From: Eledone cirrhosa
Lineage: Eukaryota
Direction: 5' to 3'
NCBI GenBank assembly: GCA_964016885.1
Contig: OZ024741.1
Coordinates: 122,016,001 to 122,080,000, forward strand
Length of the DNA stretch: 64,000 nt
Position numbers and translations under genes: made by a program. Of the stretch, positions 58,040 through 64,000 are shown in pieces. Each line of letters opens with the position of its first letter. Positions within the stretch are counted from its first letter, which is position 1. The notes beneath the pieces were generated by a model. It worked only from the letters and a program-made list of their open reading frames with translations, did no database searches and was not told where the DNA came from.

Positions 58040-58389
58040 AGTAAATTTTGCTCTACATGGCTGAATACAATAAATGGTATCTGAGTTTTTCGAATAATAA
58101 CATTCGATTCGTTTGCAATTATGCAAACAAGCCTCAATTTTATAGCCATGTCAGTAGCTCTGACAGTTTGGCAGGTGAACAGTGAGCTGTATGGATGCTG
58201 GGTGATACCCAGAAACATTAGTGTCTGCAGTTCTGTCCGCATGCCATCACAAGAGCAAGAATGAAGTCTTCATTCTACTGGCATGGCTATAAAATTGAGG
58301 CTTGTTTGCATAATTGCAAACGAATCGAATGTTATTATTAATATTCGAAAAACTCAAATTACATTTATTATATATATATATATATATAT

Positions 58390-59100
58390 TAGTCTTAGTT
58401 CCTCCCGTCCCTTGTGGAACATTGGGCGACGAGCTTCCTCCACTTGATCCAGTCACTGGCGGCCCTTCTAGCACCTCTCCAGGTAATTCCCATCTCCCGC
58501 AGGTCCTCCCTGAATGTGCTCCGCCATGTTTTTCGTGGTCTTCGCCGTTCTCTCCTGCCACCTTCTGGTACCCAATCCATGGCAATATGAGCATGTCGAT
58601 CTGCCGGCAAACGAAGGATGTGGTCCGCGAACCGCCGTCTCCTTTTCCGGACAATGTCCCTTAACCTCTCCAATCCTGACCTCCTCATCACTTCCTCGTT
58701 GCTAACTTGGTCTCTCCATGAAACTTTCAATATGGTCCGAATGCAACGACGGTGGAATACATCAAACTTGTTACATACACTTTCCGTACGCTTCCATGTC
58801 TCACAGGCATATATCGCTATTGGTACCACAATGGACATGTAAACACGGAATTTGACGGCGTTGCCGATGGAACACCTGGACCATACCGGACGGAGTCGCT
58901 GGAAGACTGCCGCTGCTTTTCCCAGCCTTGTGCGCACATCCACCTCAGCATCCCCATCGTTAGAGATGTTGCTGCTAAGGTATTGGAAGTGGTTTACACA
59001 TTCAATGTTGCGCTGACCAACCATGATGGGAAGATTTGGAGGGTCACCTGTCGACATGGTCTTGGTTTTTTCACAACTGATGCGCAGGCCAACTTTCTCT

Positions 59101-59105
<5 letters not shown>
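58390..59105 (-). mobile_element. 5'-truncated RTE-clade retrotransposon inserted in (TA)n
   Basis: ORF 58395-59057: FQYLSS, YACETW, FHRRCIRTIL..W.D.VSNEEV, GRRERRRPRKTW; (TA)n on both sides. Confidence 0.85.
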
Positions 59106-59151
<46 letters not shown>

Positions 59152-59560
59152 GAAAAGAGTTAGGATCCCAACGGCTGAGCTCCGGCCGTTTCGACAGCTA
59201 GATCCGAACTAAGTCAATAGTTTTAAGACGGTAGGAATCTAGCTGAACTTATCAAGGGGTACAGTCCATATATGGGCATGCAGTCAAAATAAAAAAAGCA
59301 GAAATATCGAATCAAACAATCCTAAAAATTTGTTGTTTTTCTTGTCTGTCACGGGGAGTGGTCACTGATTTTGGGATGCCATGTACATGGTTAAATTCCT
59401 TCATAGCGGTGGTGGTGGGGGCGGACGTGGGGCTGAACTAGCCTGTAGAACAAAGGGGAGAGAGTAAGATGACTGTTTGACCTGTGGGTGCCAAGCCGGT
59501 CAAGCGTTAAGAGAGAAATCTTTACAACTATATATATATATAGTTGTAAAGATTTCTCTA

Positions 59561-59739
59561 GCGGTGGATTGTCAGTATTGGTAGAGAGTCGGACGCCGTG
59601 CTTTCCAGCAAAGTCACGTCCCTTTACAGTCTGAGTTCAAATCCTGCCGAGGTTAACTTTGCCTTTCATCCTTACGGGGTCGATAAAATAAAGTACCAGT
59701 AATGTACGAAGTAATTGCTGGCCTTGTGCCAGTAGAAAC

Positions 59740-59781
<42 letters not shown>

Positions 59782-60023
59782 GAAAATTTCGCTCTACATG
59801 GCTGAATACAATAAATGTAATCTGAGTTTTTCGAATATTAATAATTGTTTCTACTTTTGGCACAAAGCCAGTAAATATCCCAGTACATTACTGGTACTTT
59901 ATTTTATCGACCCAGTAAGGATGAAAGGCAAAGTTAACCTCGGCGAGATTCGAACTCAGAATGTCAAGGGTCGTAACTCTATGCGTCAAAGCATAGCGTC
60001 CGACCCTCTACCAATACTGCCAA
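59561..60023. mobile_element. Two SINE A copies tail-to-tail (59561-59745 plus, 59840-60023 minus)
   Basis: Family A sequence on opposite strands. Confidence 0.8.
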
Positions 60024-60141
60024 TAATAACATTCGATTAGTTTGCAATTATACAAACAAGCCTCAATTATATAGCCATGTCAGTAGAATGAACACTTCAT
60101 TCTTGCTCTTATGTTGGCATGCGAACATATATATATATGTT

Positions 60142-60205
<64 letters not shown>

Positions 60206-60340
60206 TGTATAAATTAAGAAAATATATATACATATAAAAATGAGAAAACTCATCGTTAGAACAGACGTTAAAGCAGTCAAATGCTGTCAAAGAAAGCGAT
60301 GGGCGAAAATGCCTCAAAGGAGAGAGACCAGCGGCCAGTG

Positions 60341-60385
<45 letters not shown>

Positions 60386-60489
60386 AGTCTGAGAATGTGC
60401 ACGCTTGTATGTGTGTGTGTAAATGATATAGAACAAAAGATATCAAAACCAACAAGTTCACTTGATCTCATCACCTCGCATATAAAGAA

Positions 60490-60880
60490 ATAATTGTTTC
60501 TACTTTTGGCACAAGGCCACCAATTATCCCAGTGCATTACTGGTACTTTATTTTATCGACCCCGTAAGGATGAAAGGCAAAGTTATCCTCGGCAGGATTT
60601 GAACTCAGATCATAAAGGACCGTAACTCTGTGCTGCAAAGCATGGTGTCCGACCTTCTACCGATATTGCCAACTGGTTCATGCACAAGACTGACAAATTT
60701 GAGGGGAGTGGAAAGCCGTTTAAATCGGCCCTAGAGCGTTACTGGTACTTTATTTTATCGACCCGTAAGGATAAACAACAAAGCTAACCTTGGCGGGATC
60801 TAAGTTCATAACGTAAAGGGACGTAACTATATGCTGCAAAGCATGTTGTCCGACCTTTACTAATACTGTCAACCCACCGA
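60490..60880 (-). mobile_element. Two tandem SINE A copies
   Basis: Reverse-complement family A sequence at about 60490-60672 and 60680-60880. Confidence 0.8.
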
Positions 60881-60981
60881 TCTTATGTAAACCAATAATA
60901 TTATCCTTGTTTTGAATTCGTTGATTCCGGTTTTGTTCAAAATATGATTCATCCCATAATTTTATTATTCTATAATTCCAG

Positions 60982-61095
60982 GTTACAATGAAATCAATTG
61001 AATCGAAAATTATCCAGGAAAACGATGACAGTTATTTGTCACCCGAAAGCATGGAAAAAATCAAAGAATGTTCGGGGTGGGCCGAGAAAACACAG
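60982..61095 (+). CDS. Candidate internal exon VTMKSIESKIIQENDDSYLSPESMEKIKECSGWAEKTQ
   Basis: Pyrimidine-rich ..ATTCCAG acceptor, 114 nt open in phase 0/0, CAG|GTAGGT donor. Confidence 0.55.
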
Positions 61096-61237
61096 GTAGG
61101 TTTAGCTCTAAAACAGAATTGTTTCTACTTCTGGTATGTATGTATGTATGTATGTATGTATGTATGTATGTATGTATGTATGTATGTATGTATGTATGTA
61201 TGTATGTATGTATGTATGTATGTATGTATGGATGTAT

Positions 61238-61780
61238 GTTGGCGAATAAACTGGCAACTAAACTGGCGACTAAAGGTTTCTTGATGAGGAGGGTGACTTT
61301 GGACATCCTGCAGGACTAAAAACAAAACCTGTCAAAGGGCTCTTAAGAGTCAATGGCCATCCAAAATCGCCGGGAGAGATGACCCCTTAGCCTTTGTCAA
61401 GGCAGAATTCTAGGAGAAGGAAAACTCTGATATAACACCTGCAACCCTGATGGTATCCAATGATGTTGACTTGTTCTTCTTTTTGGTAAATATCATCTTG
61501 GTTAAGAGAGTGGGACTGGCTTTGTGCAGTGCCTTTGCTCAATATAAAAGCTTCACGGCACAGGCATTGCTTTATATCTGGAGATCTCTCTGCACTTGTC
61601 GTCATATGGTACCATGGGCCCAGCACTATGTGTCAATAATTGTCACAAGTGTAGTGTTTGTACGAGAGTTTTCAAGTCGCTGGCTGGACTAAAAAGTCAC
61701 ACCCGTATAGCGCATCGGTAGGGGTTCTCCTACATGGATATAAAGTAGTGGCCGTACTCGAAAACGAGTTGGCAGCCACC
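61238..61780 (+). mobile_element. Element X copy 4, 5'-truncated and rearranged, in (TATG)n
   Basis: Same body and 3' end as the other copies. Confidence 0.85.
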
Positions 61781-61851
61781 ATGTATGTATGTATGTATGT
61801 ATGTATGTATGTATGTATGTATGTATGTATGTATGTATGTATGTATGTATG

Positions 61852-63083
61852 TTCTTCTGGTTTTATAATTTCACAAAGTTTTACCAATAGAGAGAGAGTC
61901 GGTTTCTAACATAGACACAAGACTTTCTCATTGGAATTTACACAACATCAACTAGGTAGATATATATGTATGCATGCCTGTGTAGATATGGATCTTATTG
62001 TATGTGTGGATGTTTTGAGTTGTATGTGTGCATGTGTATATGCTTTGTATCTGTACATGTGTATATGCAGTTATTAGATGCAACATTTTTGGAATGTTTT
62101 ACATATTTTTACTGTTCCATTAATGGATTGTACTTGTAATTTCCTAACTAGTTGTGTTCTTTCTGTTCCTGTGAAGCCTAGCTTCTCAAGATTTGTATTG
62201 AGGCAGTTACTAACATATCCCAGTGCCCCAATAATCACAGGTATAAATCTGAAGGTATAATCAGGGTGGAGTATCTACAGATTTCTCATCAGTTCTGCAT
62301 AAATATTCTCCTTTTCACTAATCGTGGGCAGCTAATTTCCACTACTGTGCATGTTTTCTTCTTCCTGCCCCATATCATAATATTTGGTCTGTTATGCCTG
62401 CATTTTATTGGGGTTTTTACTGGAACATTCCACCAGTACTCTTTCATATTATGTACATGGATGTCTCCCCCATTGTTGTAGCTTTTAATGTGTTTATTAT
62501 CAGGGCTATCTTTTTTACGAACTGCATTGTACAGTGTTTTGGCCACTACATCATGCCTCATAGGTAGATAGTACCGCGATGACATCTTTGGACAGTTGCT
62601 GATGACATGAGTGATATCCTCGATGTTAGTTCTGCAGAGTCTGCACTTGTTATCACATCTAGGTGTTATGCCTGCATCCTTATCTCTTTTGTGAATCAGG
62701 TATTTCGTGCTAATCTCCTGTTCTTGGATTGCAAAAGCGTATCCTTCAAAGTGGGAGCGAATATAGCGGTTGTTGGTCCAAGATAGACTACTTTCCTTAT
62801 CTATATTTCTCTCACTCTGGAGCTTCCTGGCAACATATGCATGCATGATTTTTTGCTGATAGGCATGCAGTTTTTCATCCATGGATTCACTGCGATACTG
62901 CTGAGCGACATCCCTGGGTATGAGATTTTGATTATCATACAAGGAATATCTCTCAAGGAGTTCCTTCCCAACTCTCATGATCTTATCTGTTTCATGCAGA
63001 TAGACTAGCTCGAGAAGCGGGTTCCTACGCTTCGAGGTTCGTAGATGTTGTCGGAGAGATATGATGCGACATTCAAATGTTGT

Positions 63084-63086
<3 letters not shown>
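61852..63086 (-). mobile_element. 3' fragment of a second, diverged R4/Dong-like REL retrotransposon
   Basis: ORF 62289-62978: AIQEQ, KCRLC..EDITHVISNC, Y.PMRHD, YWWN, RPN..EISCP; 3' end abuts (TATG)n. Confidence 0.85.
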
Positions 63087-63143
<57 letters not shown>

Positions 63144-63209
63144 TCTAGGCCTAGAGAAAGATAGGCTCCGCTAGGATTAAAATGCCCAAGAAACGCCTTA
63201 TGTCAATAC

Positions 63210-63237
63210 GGAGTTACAGGAGTTACGGGACCATGAT

Positions 63238-63301
<64 letters not shown>

Positions 63302-63730
63302 AGAACAAAAGATGGTTAAAGGAGTTCCATGTATTTTATTATGCGCATTTCAAAAACAAATATCATCATGCAATAATATTTGTGTTTCCATCAGATAAAA
63401 CAGGAGGACATGATATGAAGGCTAAAAAACACTTGTGGATAGTTCAGTTTTAAATCAACATATATTTAAATCAACATATGTTGATTTAAAACTGAACTAT
63501 CCACAAGTGTTTTTTAGCCTTCATATCATGTCCTCCTGTTTTATCTGATGAAAACACAAATATTATTGCATGATGATATTTGTTTTTGAAATGCGCATAA
63601 TAAAATACATGGAACTCCTTTAACCATCTTTTGTTCTTATATATTATGTATACTCCAGTCCTACAAACTGTAGAGTGCTTCTTATCCGATATCTGCATTG
63701 CTTTATTGTACTACACTAAAACTCACCTCC

Positions 63731-63773
<43 letters not shown>

Positions 63774-63839
63774 GTATATATATAAAATTAAGTATGTGTG
63801 TGTGTGTGTGTATCATGGTGCCGTAACTCCTGTAACTCC
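63210..63839. repeat. Fold-back palindrome (inner arms about 63292-63647, outer arms 63210-63260 and 63790-63839)
   Basis: Near-perfect reverse-complement arms with a short tandem duplication at the apex. Confidence 0.9.
63539..63605 (+). ncRNA. Hammerhead ribozyme motif, intact core
   Basis: TTTTAT-CTGATGA-(long stem II ACAAATAT../..ATATTTGT)-GAA-ATGCGCAT-A-ATAAAA; the mirror copy at 63334-63400 (minus) has CTGATGG. Confidence 0.7.
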
Positions 63840-64000
63840 TTATAGAATGTCAGACTCATAGATTAGTCGTGGGGGAGTGTTTTCTATATATCAGCGTATC
63901 GTTTTTTTTTATTCCGGGGTCATTCTGCAGATAAAAATCACCTTTTTTTTAGGTATCAAAAAATAAGATTTTGGGGTCTAACTCCCACATTTTGCCACCG

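Overview
AT-rich, microsatellite-dense animal genomic DNA. The SINE families and repeat landscape suggest an octopod cephalopod (inference, not verified). The only convincing cellular coding sequence is a 2.35-kb exon-like ORF (20406-22751) built from about 26 tandem 22-aa Ser/Arg/Asp/Glu repeats and ending at a GTGAGT donor. Two candidate downstream exons (44045-44195, 60982-61095) loosely resemble a DUF4062/TEP1-type N-terminal domain. The rest is repeats: many tRNA-derived SINEs, and truncated RTE, R4/Dong-like, CRE-like and Penelope-like retrotransposons. Two signals stand out. (1) At least 8 sequence-divergent minimal hammerhead ribozyme motifs, most with palindromic stem III, sit in short modules between (TA)n tracts, often next to fold-back hairpins (Penelope pLTR/retrozyme-like). 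(2) A ~600-bp non-coding retroposon occurs in 4 copies, always inside (TATG)n, with a structured twister-like 5' domain and always adjacent to R4/Dong-like fragments. Nearly all ORFs in the supplied track are microsatellite artefacts.
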